Virus record (IMG/VR): IMGVR_UViG_3300015242_000001
Origin: a virus
Length of the DNA: 64,000 nucleotides
Direction: 5' to 3' (one strand)
A program made the translations under genes and the position numbers. The notes below the pieces were generated by a model. The model saw only the letters and a list, made by a program, of their open reading frames with translations. It was not told the DNA's origin and made no database searches. Positions 39,084 through 52,800 of the stretch are shown piece by piece (position 1 is the stretch's first letter; each line of letters begins with the position of its first letter).

Positions 39084-41036
39084 ATGCCAAAAGTAAAAAT
39101 AAATAAAGTTCCTCTTAAACAAGTTAGAATAAAATCTCTCCCTAAAGCAGCAAATGGTTTAGAGGTATTAAATGGTGGAGTTGCAGGTAACTTATCAGAT
39201 AATCCTATTGATGGTGGGATGGGAATTTTCCAGGGTAATTCTCACAATCAAGGCGGGATCGATATAGCCTATGGAAACAAGCAAGCCGAAGTGGAAGGAA
39301 ATGAACCGTTTTTCACAGATCAACAAGGAGCTTTGCAGATTTTTGGGAAATTACGTGTTCCCACTATGAATAAAACTTTCAAAGCGGTTGCAAAGGACAT
39401 AGCCAAAGAGGAGGATAAGTATTCTAAAATATTAGATAAATCCACCGCGCTTATTAATAGTAATGATCCATATAATAGGTATGAACAATTAGCATTTAAT
39501 TCTGGAACGGTAATGGGGAATCATGCTAAGAATAAGCAAATGGAATTAGCAGCACAAAAAGAACAGCTGGCAGCACTTCAGAACGTTATGTTACAATCAA
39601 TACAGAATTCAGATAAAGCTAAATGGGGGAAGAAGATGAACTTTGCTGAAGGCGGTGATATTAACTCAGATGAAGATCCGTTTACTAAATTAATCAAGCA
39701 ACGTTTAGCTGGAGTTGAATCCGGAGGGAATTATAATGCAATTCCTAAAAACAAAGAAGGTAAGTTACTTTCTTCCGCATATGGTAAATATCAATTTTTA
39801 AAAGGTACTAGAGAAGGAGTTTATAATAAGCATTTTAAAAACCAGTATAAATCTTTTGAAGCATTTGATAGCGCCTTTAAAAATAATACAAATAATTTGC
39901 AGGAAGATGTGATGAATTCCCACATTTCAGATTTGAAGAAGAAATATGGAGAAAACCCAACCTATATAGCTGCTGCGCATAGAATTGGTGAAGGGGCAAC
40001 CGATCAGTTAATTAAAACAGGAAAAGCAAAGGTAGGAAATCGACAAATTACTTGGGATAGCCCAATTGGAACATCTCAAGATCCAACAGCTCAAGAAACG
40101 TTGAACCAGTATATTGGTAAAGTAATTGGGAATACTCTTCCAACTGTTGACGTAACAGCACCTAGATTAAAGCCAACTGTCCCTGCTCCAGATGAAAAAT
40201 TACCCTTTCCTACTGTTCCTAGTAATAATACATCTCAACCTGATATAACGGGCAATTATCCGACTGCGCCAATGGGAGATTTAGATATCCCTAATAAAAA
40301 AAGACTTCCTTCTTTAGCTGATCAGAATAAGTTATCCCTTGGTCAAATTGCTCCAGAGTTACTTACTTTAGCAACTGAAAGAAGGCAAGCAGTACCCAGC
40401 TTAAATTATACCCCTACTTTATACACTCCATACCAGGTATCATTCCAGGATCAGCTGAATCAAAATCAGGCTACATTTTCAGCCGTTGCAAGACAAGCGG
40501 GTAGTAGTAATCCTTCAGCTCTTGGTACTTTAGCTGCACAGAAGTATAATGCTGACTCTGAAGTACTAGCTAATCAATTCAGGACCAATCAGGGTATATC
40601 CAATGATATTACCAATAAGAATGTAACTCTCTTAAATCAGGCAGAATTACAGAATCTTCAATTTGATGATCAACAAGCAGTACGACAAGCCCAGGCTGAT
40701 GCAAATACCAGAGCAAACATCAGAGGAGCAGTAGGTTCAATAGCAAATAAATCATTACAAAATAGAGCTGAAAACAACAGTATCAGATTGTATGAAAATA
40801 TGTTTAATTACAGACCAGATGAGAACTTAAATCTTAATTATATGGGTCCAGATGCAGTATTCACAGCTAACGGCCTCCCAATTGGTAATAGTAATCAAAC
40901 AAGTAAAACAACTTACGATAAGAACGGTAATCCCGTTAGAACTTCAGTAACTACACCCTCACAATTAAAAACAAATCAAGATATCCTAAATTATAATACT
41001 AATCAAAGGAGAGCTGCTAGAAAGCCCTTTGGTTAA
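39084..41036 (+). CDS. Cargo/ejection protein with a lysozyme/lytic-transglycosylase-like domain
   Basis: AGVESGGNY...SSAYGKYQF...IAAAHRIGEG; N-terminal GNSHNQGG...EVEGNE motif. Confidence 0.65.
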   Translation: MPKVKINKVPLKQVRIKSLPKAANGLEVLNGGVAGNLSDNPIDGGMGIFQGNSHNQGGIDIAYGNKQAEVEGNEPFFTDQQGALQIFGKLRVPTMNKTFKAVAKDIAKEEDKYSKILDKSTALINSNDPYNRYEQLAFNSGTVMGNHAKNKQMELAAQKEQLAALQNVMLQSIQNSDKAKWGKKMNFAEGGDINSDEDPFTKLIKQRLAGVESGGNYNAIPKNKEGKLLSSAYGKYQFLKGTREGVYNKHFKNQYKSFEAFDSAFKNNTNNLQEDVMNSHISDLKKKYGENPTYIAAAHRIGEGATDQLIKTGKAKVGNRQITWDSPIGTSQDPTAQETLNQYIGKVIGNTLPTVDVTAPRLKPTVPAPDEKLPFPTVPSNNTSQPDITGNYPTAPMGDLDIPNKKRLPSLADQNKLSLGQIAPELLTLATERRQAVPSLNYTPTLYTPYQVSFQDQLNQNQATFSAVARQAGSSNPSALGTLAAQKYNADSEVLANQFRTNQGISNDITNKNVTLLNQAELQNLQFDDQQAVRQAQADANTRANIRGAVGSIANKSLQNRAENNSIRLYENMFNYRPDENLNLNYMGPDAVFTANGLPIGNSNQTSKTTYDKNGNPVRTSVTTPSQLKTNQDILNYNTNQRRAARKPFG

Positions 41037-41079
41037 TCATTAATTTAGTGAAGATATTTTCATTAGTTTAGTTATATAA

Positions 41080-41111
41080 CTTGCTAAAGTTAATAATTTT
41101 AATTAGCTTTG
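41080..41111 (+). promoter_or_regulatory. Bacteroidota-type promoter for the large cargo genes
   Basis: CTTG (41080-83)-N20-TAGCTTTG (41104-11), with ATG at 41123. Confidence 0.55.
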
Positions 41112-41122
41112 TACATCATATC

Positions 41123-43810
41123 ATGGCGAATTTTCTCGAAAATAATCCCACCTCATACCCTGGTTATGTTACTCAATTTAACCCAGAGCAATACGCCAAC
41201 ATAGGCGTCATAAAGCAGCAGCAGTACGATCAAGGCTTGCAAAATGTGCAAGGGTATATTAATTCTGTTGCAGGAATGCAAGTTGCGCGTCCTCAAGATC
41301 AGCAATATCTACAAAATAGATTGGGAGAGTTAACTAATAAAGTTAATTCTGTAGTAGGCGCTGAATGGGGTAGTCAAGCATTGGTAAATCAAGTTGGTGG
41401 GTTGGCTGCACAAATCGGTAACGATAGAAATGTGCAAAATGCAACCGCAGGGACTCAGAGATTGATTAAAATTCAATCTGATATTGAGGAAGCTAAGAAG
41501 AAAGGGGACACATACGCTGTACAGAATGAGTACCGACCAACGAAGCAATTGAATGAATGGTTTAATAACCCCAATGCGGGTGCAGAACTTTCCAGAAACG
41601 TTTCGTATACTCCATACATAGATGTAAATAAAAGAATAAATGAACTGTGGAAAGATGCTCATCCAGACAGTATTTTAAGGCAATCCACGAATGGAGATTA
41701 CTATGCTTATGTAATGACTGAAACCGGATTGAAAGCACTTCCCCCCGATCAAGTACGTTCACAGATTGAAGGAATGCTCGATCCTAATTTAGCAAATCAA
41801 TTAGATATAAATGCAGAATACAATTACAGAAACTTCAACTCAGATAATTTAAAAACTGAAATAGATTCAGTATATAAAGGACGTGAAGATTCTTACGATA
41901 ATTATATTAAAAAACTTCAACTAGATAGGTTAAGTAAAGCCAATGATCCAAATGCACTTAATGAGATAGATTTAGCTATTGGACAAACAAATACAAAGTT
42001 AACTGCATTACAAAGAAGTAAGTTAGAGATCTCAAATGCTTCCATACAAAATCCAGATGCTGTAAAATCCTACCTATACAGAAATAAGTGGTTAGATAGT
42101 ATGGCAGGAATGATCGGATATACTGAACAGTCTCAGAAAATAGTAGAAAATCCCATACGTAAACAAGCATGGGATGAATACATGGATTGGAATAAATTCC
42201 AGTTGGATCAGGATAAATTTAAACTGGATCAACAGAAATTAGCTTTAGAATCCATAAAGGCAGCAAATAAAGGTAAAAAGGGGGAAGGGGATGGAGATAA
42301 CTTGGGTGATTTAGGTACAATAGCTCCGGCTGATTTAAATGCTAATAAAGCATTAACTATTGATCAGTTTAATGATAAAGCAATTAGTATGTACAGTAAT
42401 GCCAATGATGCTTTCTTGGAGCTGATCTGGAGGAAAAACCCAGAGTTATATAAAGATCCTCAAACAGTTCCCAATTCTGATGGTACAATGAAAACTAAAT
42501 ATGTACCTAAAGATAAAAATACCTTAATACAGATAATGGCTAAAGGTGCGGAGTTGAAGACATTATATGAACAGGGTGCTGACGGCCTCGATCCGATGGC
42601 GAAGACCTTTTTTGATAATTATTTGCCCCAGTTGCAGTTATCTGATAAAATGAAGAATGTCTCTCAAAAAGTACAAGCAAATGCAGAAAAATATATAAAG
42701 ACTCAATCTGAATACTCACCAAAATTTGAAGAACTGGATAGAGTTAAAAAAGCATTAGGTAGTGCTGCTCCCTTTACGGCAGTTACTAGAAATGGTAATG
42801 TTAACATAGCTGGAAGAGATTTGAAAAATTATGCTGCATTAATAGCAAATGAAAAAGCATCTTCCCCGCAAGCGGGAGGTACAGCAGGAACTCCCTCTAC
42901 CCCGTATCAAGCCTATTCAGATGTAACTCTGAGCAAGTACAATTTAACCAGAGAAGAGTACAATGCTATTAGTACACATGCTCCTCAGCAGTATAGAGAA
43001 GCCATTCAAAGAATAGATGCCTTAACCAGTACTTTAAGACCCTCCATAAACACAAAGAACGATTATATAAACCAGCAACTTCGTCCGTATCAAGATTTAG
43101 GGTTGAACACTGAAATACAAATCAATACTGCAAAACCAGAACAAGCAAAGCAATGGGCAAGTGTTATAGGTACAATAGCTAACCAAAGATCAGGAACCAC
43201 ATTGGCCGGAGATACAAAATGGGATAGAATTAACACTATGTTAAATTCTAAAAACGTTGGTTCTGTAGTGCTATCATATTCTCAACCTTCAACTGGAGAA
43301 AATCCAATTCTATATGTCAGTAATCCTAATGTAAAAGGAGGAGATAGGCAAGCAATAGAACTCGATATCCCAACAGCTACATCTCTTGGTTTATATCAAG
43401 AAGATAGTTTAGGATTTGCTAAAAACATGCTTGCTTTAAATGAGGGGAGAACTACTGGTAAACTGAAATTTGGAAATATAGGTAAATACAATGTTCAATA
43501 TGAGGTACAACCTTATTTGAATAACTATACTACTACTATGTATGTTACTATTCCTGGTCAAATGGAAACACCTCAACCCGTTGTAGTACTTGGGGGCAGA
43601 TTAAATAGTTTAGAGGCAGTAAGTGAATTTTTACGAAAGCCAGCTACCGAATCGTATATTGACTTAAATTTAAAAGAAACATTAAAGAGGTTGGGCATTC
43701 AATCCAATAGCACTTCTCCAGCTAATCCTTTTATTCAATCTAATCCATTTTTTCAACAAGCCCAGGCAGCAGGAATAACACCACAAAACCCCGTAAATGC
43801 TGGTAGATAA
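41123..43810 (+). CDS. Large cargo/ejection protein (start ATG 41123)
   Basis: Long helical ORF in the cargo cluster; no catalytic motif recognised. Confidence 0.6.
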   Translation: MANFLENNPTSYPGYVTQFNPEQYANIGVIKQQQYDQGLQNVQGYINSVAGMQVARPQDQQYLQNRLGELTNKVNSVVGAEWGSQALVNQVGGLAAQIGNDRNVQNATAGTQRLIKIQSDIEEAKKKGDTYAVQNEYRPTKQLNEWFNNPNAGAELSRNVSYTPYIDVNKRINELWKDAHPDSILRQSTNGDYYAYVMTETGLKALPPDQVRSQIEGMLDPNLANQLDINAEYNYRNFNSDNLKTEIDSVYKGREDSYDNYIKKLQLDRLSKANDPNALNEIDLAIGQTNTKLTALQRSKLEISNASIQNPDAVKSYLYRNKWLDSMAGMIGYTEQSQKIVENPIRKQAWDEYMDWNKFQLDQDKFKLDQQKLALESIKAANKGKKGEGDGDNLGDLGTIAPADLNANKALTIDQFNDKAISMYSNANDAFLELIWRKNPELYKDPQTVPNSDGTMKTKYVPKDKNTLIQIMAKGAELKTLYEQGADGLDPMAKTFFDNYLPQLQLSDKMKNVSQKVQANAEKYIKTQSEYSPKFEELDRVKKALGSAAPFTAVTRNGNVNIAGRDLKNYAALIANEKASSPQAGGTAGTPSTPYQAYSDVTLSKYNLTREEYNAISTHAPQQYREAIQRIDALTSTLRPSINTKNDYINQQLRPYQDLGLNTEIQINTAKPEQAKQWASVIGTIANQRSGTTLAGDTKWDRINTMLNSKNVGSVVLSYSQPSTGENPILYVSNPNVKGGDRQAIELDIPTATSLGLYQEDSLGFAKNMLALNEGRTTGKLKFGNIGKYNVQYEVQPYLNNYTTTMYVTIPGQMETPQPVVVLGGRLNSLEAVSEFLRKPATESYIDLNLKETLKRLGIQSNSTSPANPFIQSNPFFQQAQAAGITPQNPVNAGR

Positions 43811-46800
43811 GCAATTATTACAACAGAGTAGCACACCAGAAGATACTTTAAGTGATTTCCCTCAAATAGGAAGTCAACCAACTGCATTTACACCTATCCC
43901 TACAAATGAGAATGATCCTACGAGGCCACAACAGTCATCAAGTTTAGGTGCTCAATTAATAAACCAAGCTAATAAATCAGCCAGTAAACTATCTCCTACC
44001 AATGGTCCCAGAGTTTCATATTCAGAACTCCCCACAAATGGTAGATTTCCTACCTATTCTCCTTTCTTAAGCAATGAAGAATTAGCAGCTCAGTCACAGC
44101 CCTGGTATTTCAAGGCTGGCAATGCTATTACTAAAGGTCTTGGTTTAGCGACTTCTACAGCATTACAGGGAACTGTAGGGGCAGTATATGGTGTAGGTAA
44201 ATGGCTGGAAGATGGGAAATTCTCATCATTCTACAATAATGAATTCAGTCAAGGATTAGATAAGTGGAATCAGCAAATGGAGAACCAGTTCCCTAACTAT
44301 TATACTCATGCTGAACAATCTGCCAATTGGTATTCCCCTACAAATTTCCTTTCTGCTAATTTTTTGTTCGATAAAGTAATAAAGAATTTAGGGTATGCAG
44401 CAGGTGCTTATATTTCAGGTGCTGGATGGGCGAAGGCTTTCACTTTATTAGGAAGTGTATCAAAATTATCAGCCGCAGGTGCGTTAGTTGATGCTTCAAT
44501 TGCGTCAGAAAATGCTATTGCCTCAGTTGCGAATACAAATAAAATAGGGGCTTTAGAAGGAGCATTTGCAAATATAGGTAACAAGTTTGCAGCTAACTAT
44601 AATCTTCTGAATACTACTCAGAGAGCAATGTATGCTGGTCTGATGACTACCGGAGAAGCTGGTATGGAAGCACTTCAAAATGCAAATCAGTTCAGGCAGA
44701 AATTAATAGATAATTATTACAACACAAATGGTCAACTCCCCACAGGAATCGATTTAGATGCCATTAACAAGCAAGTTGATCAAGTTGGAAATACTACATT
44801 CCTATTAAATACAGCCCTCCTCTCCCTTACAAACTATGTACAGCTCCCTAAAATAATGGGTTCTTCATACAACCTTGAGAAAAGGGAGTTTGTAAACGCT
44901 ATAAATAATATAGAAGACATTTCATTGAAAAATGAGGCTGGTGAAACTTTAAATACTTTAGGGAGGACAGCAAAAGATCAATTTTACAAAAGTGCAAAAG
45001 CAACTACTAAATTTGGTAGAATTTCATCTTTGGGAGAATACTTCTTTTCTCCATCTGAAGCATTTGAAGAAGGTGCTCAAAATGTCATTTCTGTAGGTAC
45101 TGAAAATTATTGGAATAAAAAGAATAAAGAAGGGAGTGCTGATGTTTTAAATGACTTATTTGGATATGGTACAAAACAGACACTCACTACTAAGGATGGT
45201 ATTGAACAAATATTGATAGGTGGATTGTCTGGAGCTATCTCTGAGATAAGAGGTAATTTCAAATCTCGTAAAGAACGCGCTGCAAATACTGAATCAGCTG
45301 TACAGGCTTTCAACTCTACATATTTAGGATCTTTCCTTAAATCTGCAAATGATTCAGTAAATAGGCATGATAATTTAGAACAACAGAGAGTAGAGGCTAT
45401 AAAAGGTGGAGATATACTTCAGTCAAAAGACTTGGAGACAGACGAATTAATAAACTATCTTACTCCACGTATTCAGTATGGGAAATATGAATTATTCTTA
45501 AATGATATAGGTCAATTTAAACAAATAGCTTCTACAGATGAGGGTTTAAAGCAGTTACAAGCACAAGGGTTAATTTCTCAAGACGCTACTCAAACGCAAG
45601 TATTGTCTCATTTAGATAGATTACAGCAGTTTGGTAATACTATCAAGGCCCAGTATGAAGCATTGAATATAAAGTATGCTGGATTAAAAAATAAGGGAGG
45701 AGATAGGGTCTACACAGATGATGTCATTAATAAGATGATTTATGCATCTGGTAAAGTAGATGATTATAACAGACGTATCCCCCAAGCCTCTCAAACTGTT
45801 TTAGCAGCTGGTGTACTCACACAACCAATTGTAGAAGCTGTAGTAAATAACACGGAAGATAAGGATGAGTTAATAAAACAAGCAGTTTCTCATATTGAAT
45901 CTCTCCCTATACTGCAAGATGCGAAGGATGAAATAAGGCAAAACTTAGCTGATATTATTGAGATGTCAGTTAGGAGAAAGCAATTTCTGGATGAATACAA
46001 AGATATCAGAGAGAACCCAGTTAACTACCAGGATAAGAATGAATTGAAAGATTCAGAACCCGTTGAGTCTATTCAGATTGGGGATAGAGAGTTGAAAATA
46101 GGTCGTTCTTACACTCCTAGTAATCCCATACAGATAGTAAATAATCAACTTGAATTATCTCCACGTACACAAATCCTCGGTAGAAATTATCTTGATGAAA
46201 TATCTATCACTACAGGTAATGGTGTAAGAAGCGTACCTTTATCACAGGTTCAATCTCAAGATTTCATAGATCAACCTTTAACCAGGAATCAAACAGAATT
46301 AAATAATAGGTTAAATAAAACTATTGAAGATTTCTTCATTAAACAACCTCAACAAAACCCTACATTAACTGATCCTACTTCTACTTTGGAAGAAAAAGTA
46401 CAAGCTGTAAATGATCTCCCCAATAATCTTAATTTATTAAACGATCTCCAAGTTGAGCTTCGTAAAACGTTAGATCAATTCTTAGAAGAGGAACGTTTAG
46501 AACAGGAGAGATTGGATAAATTAGCTGACGAACTTTCCAAAACACAGGATGAAATAAGTGGAGAGTCAGAAACTGATAAACCTGAAGATCTCCCTGTACC
46601 TGAAGATGTAACAAAGGAGCCACGTAAGCCTATTGAAATTAACTTTAAGTCTTCTCGTCCTGCTTCTTACTACGCTCCTTTAAAAGAAGAAAATAATCAG
46701 TATCATAAAAGAGAACAGGAATTTCTTAATCGTATAAATCTATCTTCATTCCCACTAGATAGAGATAAGTTGCGTATTATACCTGTAACAATTAATAACC

Positions 46801-49800
46801 AAGACACTATAGGTCTTAAACATCTTATACCAGAAACCTATGAGGTAAACGGCAAGGAAATAAATAATAACAAAAATATAGATCGTGCAGCCATAGCCCT
46901 TGTTTATGCTTATGAAACCTCTGATGGATTACGTCTAGTAGATAAAGAAGGAAATTTATTAAATAAAATAGGAGAAGAAAATGATCCCACCTCTTATGTG
47001 TATACTTATCTTGCCACAACTGATTTTTCTTATACTGGTGGTGAGAATAAAGATTATACAGGCAAAGTCAACTTTTCCAATCCAAATAAGATTTCTGATG
47101 CTCAAATTAAAGAGATTCAAAAGAAAGCTAGAGAGGATAGGAAGTACCTTTTGTCTTTAAAGGATGCACAACCTTATTCTTTTACTGTTAGTGCTGGTAT
47201 ACCTAATATCATTAGAGATGAAAGTGGTAGTGTAAGACCTTTAAATAATTCCGTTGTTGATTCTCAGATTATTGCACAGTCTGATTTGTCTGATAAAAAA
47301 CTATTATCTTCCAGATTTCCTCTCTCGGATACCTATTTAAAACTTGGAGAGAGTTTCTATAAATTAAATTCCCATAAATTTACTGAGCAAGAAGCTACTA
47401 AAGTGTACGAACTGTTGAGGATAATGTCCAAACAGATCCAGGATAGTTTTGCTTCAACCGGAGCAGTTTCAGTAGATCCTACTTTGCGTAAATATCTTTC
47501 AAGGATTATCTATTTTGACTTCCCAAGAGGTAAAGCCCCACGTCCTCAGCAAGTATGGTTTGATAAGGCTGGCAAACTGCATTTAGGTACATCTTTAGTA
47601 GTTCAACCAGTACAGGAAAATATAGAAGCTAATAAACAAGATATTATTGATTTCTTTAACGGAAAACAGCAAAATGTAAATCCATATCAGGTTAATAATG
47701 ATGGTATATTTACAGAAATTACTTCTGTAAATGGAGATACATATGAAACAGTAAAATGGAAATCATATCAGCATTACCTCCTCTCCCCTATTTATGATCT
47801 CCAGGGAAAGAGTAAGGTAAATGGTACTACCAGAAATGCTATCCTAACTACTAATACGATTGTTCCTCAAATGGTAGATGGTATCCAGGAAGCACCTCTT
47901 ATTAGTAAGTACGTAACTATAGTTGGAGATATAAGTACACAAGCTACTCCCAACACTCCAGCTGAACCTGTAGATACCACTGATCAACCTGAAGTATCAG
48001 AAGAACCAGTTACACCTCCTCTAGATGAATCAATTCCTGAAGAATTACCTGCTGAAGAAGATGTACAGGTAATAAACGAACCTGAAGAAAAGCCTGTTAT
48101 GTATGTATCTTTTATAGATACTATGAACCGGATGAAACCATTAGGTTACACAGAGACTCAGATTGTAGGGATGAAATTGAAGGATCAGGAGAAAATTCTT
48201 AGAGAAAATAATCTATGGTATGAAATTGAAGGATATGATACAGAATTAACTTCATCTGAAGATACTTTAAACAAAGTTAAAGAATTCTTAAAAAGAGTTG
48301 GTACAACAATTGAGCATGTGGAGTCCATTAAAATAAATGGAACTTCACTGTCTGCTGTAGGAGTTGCTGATACAGTGAACAATCTGATACAAGTAGTTGA
48401 TGGAAAGGAAAATGTAGCTTTGACTGAAGAAGCGATGCATATTGCAGTAGATTTAATTGCTACCAATAATCCAGAACTTTATAATCAATTAAAATCTGAA
48501 GCAAAGAAGTATAAACTTTATGATGATGTTGTAAAATCTCCAGAGTATCAAGCTGCTTACGATAACCCCAGTAATCTACAAAAAGAAGCAGTTGCAAAGA
48601 TCCTTACTGAATATGTAATCTACAAAAATGAAAGTACTGAAAAGCCAGAATTGATTGCGGAAGCACAATCTTGGTGGAAACGAGCTTTGGAATTTATAAA
48701 GTCTATCTTTAGTATTGCAAACTTCAATCCTTTTGAAAATGTAGCTACTAAAATATTAAAAGGTACAGAGGATTTTTCTGGTAGTACTATAGAGGATGGT
48801 GGGTTATATTACAAAATCCCATCTTCCCAGGAGTCTACAAAACTGTTTGATAAATTAAAATCCGTAGCTGATAGTATCACTAAGGTAATTAAAGAGAATG
48901 GTAAAGTTAGCTACATTAAAAAAGATAGCTCTCCGGTAAGTAAAACTTTACAGCAAAGAGTAGATGATTATTATAAAGAGAAACATGCAAATAAGGAAAT
49001 TTCAGATACTCAGTTAAAGGATTCTAAGAAAAGGTTAGCAGATGACAATGCAGCACATCAGGATATTTACGATATTTTAGATAGGTATATTGACAGTAAT
49101 ACAGGTTGGGTTAGGAGAAATGAAGGAGGAGAAATAACCCCTTTGGATAAAACAAACATCTCTCAGCTTGATCCTACCAATAGTGAATACTATGATACCA
49201 TAGAGGAGTATTTAAAGGAGACTATTGAATCATATCCTGAAGGTACTCAGTTCCTATTTAATCAAACTGTATATGATGAACAAAATGATGAAGCTGGGAC
49301 ACTTGATTTTGTAGCAATCAAACCTGATGGAACACATGATGATTTGAACTTTAAATTTCTGAATGTAGATACTGAAAAAAGATTTGATGTCCCTTACTAT
49401 GACAAAAGGGCATATAATTTAGAGTTATCCAGGTTATCAAAGACTCTCTCAGATAAGTATGGTTTAAAGAAACAAGGTCTAAGTAGAGCAATTCCTATTG
49501 TCCCTAAATATACTAGAGGTACAGATAACGATCTTACCCTCCAGGATATGGAGATCGGAGATACTACCGTGGAAAGAATTAATAAACGTTACTTACTTCC
49601 AGTACCTTCTGAAGTCGAACCTCCTGTTACAAAAGGAGTAAAAACTTTGATAGATAAACTAAATGAAATACTTTCAGAATTAGAGAAAAATAATACAGAA
49701 AGTAGTACAAAATATGAAGTACAGAAACAGATAAACAGTATTACTTCTGCCATTAGGGTACTGCAAGTACAGGGTAACGTAAATCCTTTAATAAAAACTG

Positions 49801-52800
49801 TTTCAAATCAGGTAGATAATATCAGAAAAACAATAGATCGTTATAATTCAATATACCAATCTGGAAATACTGATTCAATAGCAGAAATAAACACTGAGGA
49901 AGTATCCAAACAATTAGTAGATTCTTATACTGATCTTACTGTGTATACTACTCTTGGAGTAGCATTCAAAGATGTATATTCAGCAGATACTGTAGAATAC
50001 AAGAAATTACGTAACCTCTCCGCTAAAGCAAGAAATATCCAAGAAGATTTGGTGGATATCTCCAAACTACAGGTTAACTCTATTGCTAATAGGTATGGAG
50101 TACAGGGAGTATTATTTGAAGAGAAGAATGTACGTTGGTTAGCGAAGAACTTCATGAGCTTATCTGATGCTCGTACAGCGTCTACCCAAACCTTAAATAA
50201 GATAGTAAACAGAGCTAGGCAGGATAGGGAGTTTGAATTTGAGGGAGAGATTAAAAAATTGAAGAAGCTACAGGATAACTTAAACAAGTCAAATTTAACA
50301 GACAAAGCTCAGGATTTACTGTTTGAGAAACAAGATGGTAAAAAGACTGGATTACTTACTCCCAAGTATAAGAAAGAATTCTATCAAAATTTGAATGAGG
50401 CTTTAACTACAGGGAATAAGGCATGGGTTGAAGAAAATGTAGATATTTCTAAGTACAATGAAGAGTATGAAAAATCTTATACTTCATTTAAAGAATATCT
50501 GGAACAACAGTATGCAGACTATGAAGGTGATGAAAAAGAGGAATTAATAAGTACTCCTCTTGAGAAGTTCGCCAAAGAGTATGACTTTAAGAATCACCCA
50601 GAGACTGCTTTAAATGATCAAAACAATAGATTTCTTAGATTCCCTAAAGGAGATCTTTGGTACAGTGATCAATATAGTCAACTTATACAGAAAGGGAATG
50701 AACCAATCCTTGCTTTATACGACTACATGAAGTCAAAAAATGATGAAGCATATGAAACTGGTTTGTTTAAAACTTACCATGCTACATTCTTTGCTAATGT
50801 AAGGAAGTCATTTTTGGAAAATTTAACATTTGGTTTAACTGAAGACGGTACTTCAGCTATTAGGAACCAGATAGAAAATATCTTCAATTTCAAACTTAAT
50901 CCAGAAGATGATGTTTATGGGTACATTGACCCCATCACTCACCAGCCTAAAGATAAGATATTTGCATATTACACTTCACAAATAAGCGCTGATGAAAAAT
51001 CTTATGATATTTTCAGAGTATTGACTCTGTGGAATCATGAACTGATTAAGTATAAATATCTTTCTCAGGTAGAGAACCAGGTTAAACTACTCCATTTAGT
51101 AGAGTCCAATAAAAACCACTTGGAAACAGATAAGTTCGGCAATATTAAGGCAGAAACTATTGAAGAGGCTATTGCAGCTGGCAATCAAAACAATGCTAAA
51201 TATCTGAAGGAATTTATTGATGCTACTATTTATGGTAAAAGGTTTTCTACAGATCAGCCAGATATGGGGTTGACCGTTGGAGTTGGAAAGATAGCAAAAG
51301 CAATTAATAAAGTATTGGGGGCTGAAATACTCCCTATGCCAGATCAACAGAAGACACAGGTTTCAGTAGTGAAATTTGTAGATGCTATGAATCGTTGGTT
51401 CAGGTTGAAAGCCATGGGGGTAAATCCTCTGTCCGGTATCTCTGCTTGGTTTGGGGGTACTGCAAATGCGGCTCTTAATGCAGGTACATACGGCTCAAAA
51501 AATAATTATTTAGCAGCTCAATTTCGTCTTGCTGCTGGTAAATTTGGTGGGAATGAAGGGAAGAGGTATGCTGCTAATATACAGTATTTCATGCCATTGG
51601 TGGATAATATCTCCGGAGAGAAAGCCAGAGAAATGAGTATAAATAAAGCTCAAAAATACCTCACTTCTGGCTCATTGATGGTATTCCTTAAAACTGCCGA
51701 TAAAATAGTACAATATACCAATATGGTATTTTTTGCAGAAAACCATACTATAGTAGATGGTAAAATTGTGGGGATTCAGCAGTATGTGAAAGAGCAGAAC
51801 ATCTACGATAGAGTACTTGATACATCTGTCCCTTCTCAGGAACGAAAAGCCCTGCAAAAAGATATCAATACAAAGATAGCAGAAAGGAAACGTACTAAAT
51901 CTCTTATTCAACTGGTAAAGGTTGATGGGGAAGATATTTCATTTGAAGGTGTAGAAAGGAATTCAGAAACAGTTAAAGATTTCAGGGATAAAATACAGCA
52001 ATTTACTAGGGAAGCAATTGGTAATTCTACCCCAGAGAATATTTCACAAATTAATAGGACTATAGTAGGACAATCCCTCATGATGTTTAAGTCTTGGATT
52101 CCTCCATTGGTTACAACCCGTTTTGGAGGTTTGAGGTATGTTTCAGGTAAAGATGCTTATGATTATGGTAGAATGAGGATAATGGGGACTGTTATTCGTG
52201 ATCATGGTCTAAAATCCATTAGTACCCTTCTCTCCTACTATACTAGTGGAACAGCTTCTCAAGGTCAGGATAACCTCATTGATACTGCTAAACGCATATA
52301 TCAGCAGAAAGTAGAAGCATTCAGGAAACAAGGTGCATTTGTAACTGATGTTACTGGACAATTGATTACTGATCCATCTACAGGTGAAAATCTGACAGCA
52401 TTCGAGACTAAAATGACAGAGGCTGAATTTGTGGATATGTACTTAAAGGGGTTCGATGCTGCTGTTAAAGATATGTTAGTATGGCTGAGTATGGCTGGTA
52501 TTCTAATATCCATGCGAGTGTATGCTCCAGATAAGGATGAAGAAGATCCTCAAACTAAAGGATATTTTAGACATGGGTTGAGAATGCTGGATAAACTACA
52601 GGATGAAGTAGGGTTTTTCTATAATCCCCTATCTTGGCAAGATGTAATTGGTGGTAAAATATTCCCATCCATAGCTGTATTAACAGACATAAAAAATGTA
52701 ATATGGAATTCCACTATGAATACATTTTTATGGTTAAACGGTGATGAAGATGCTGGTGATAAGAAAGTTGCAAAATACCTGTTTAAAAATATCCCTGGTG

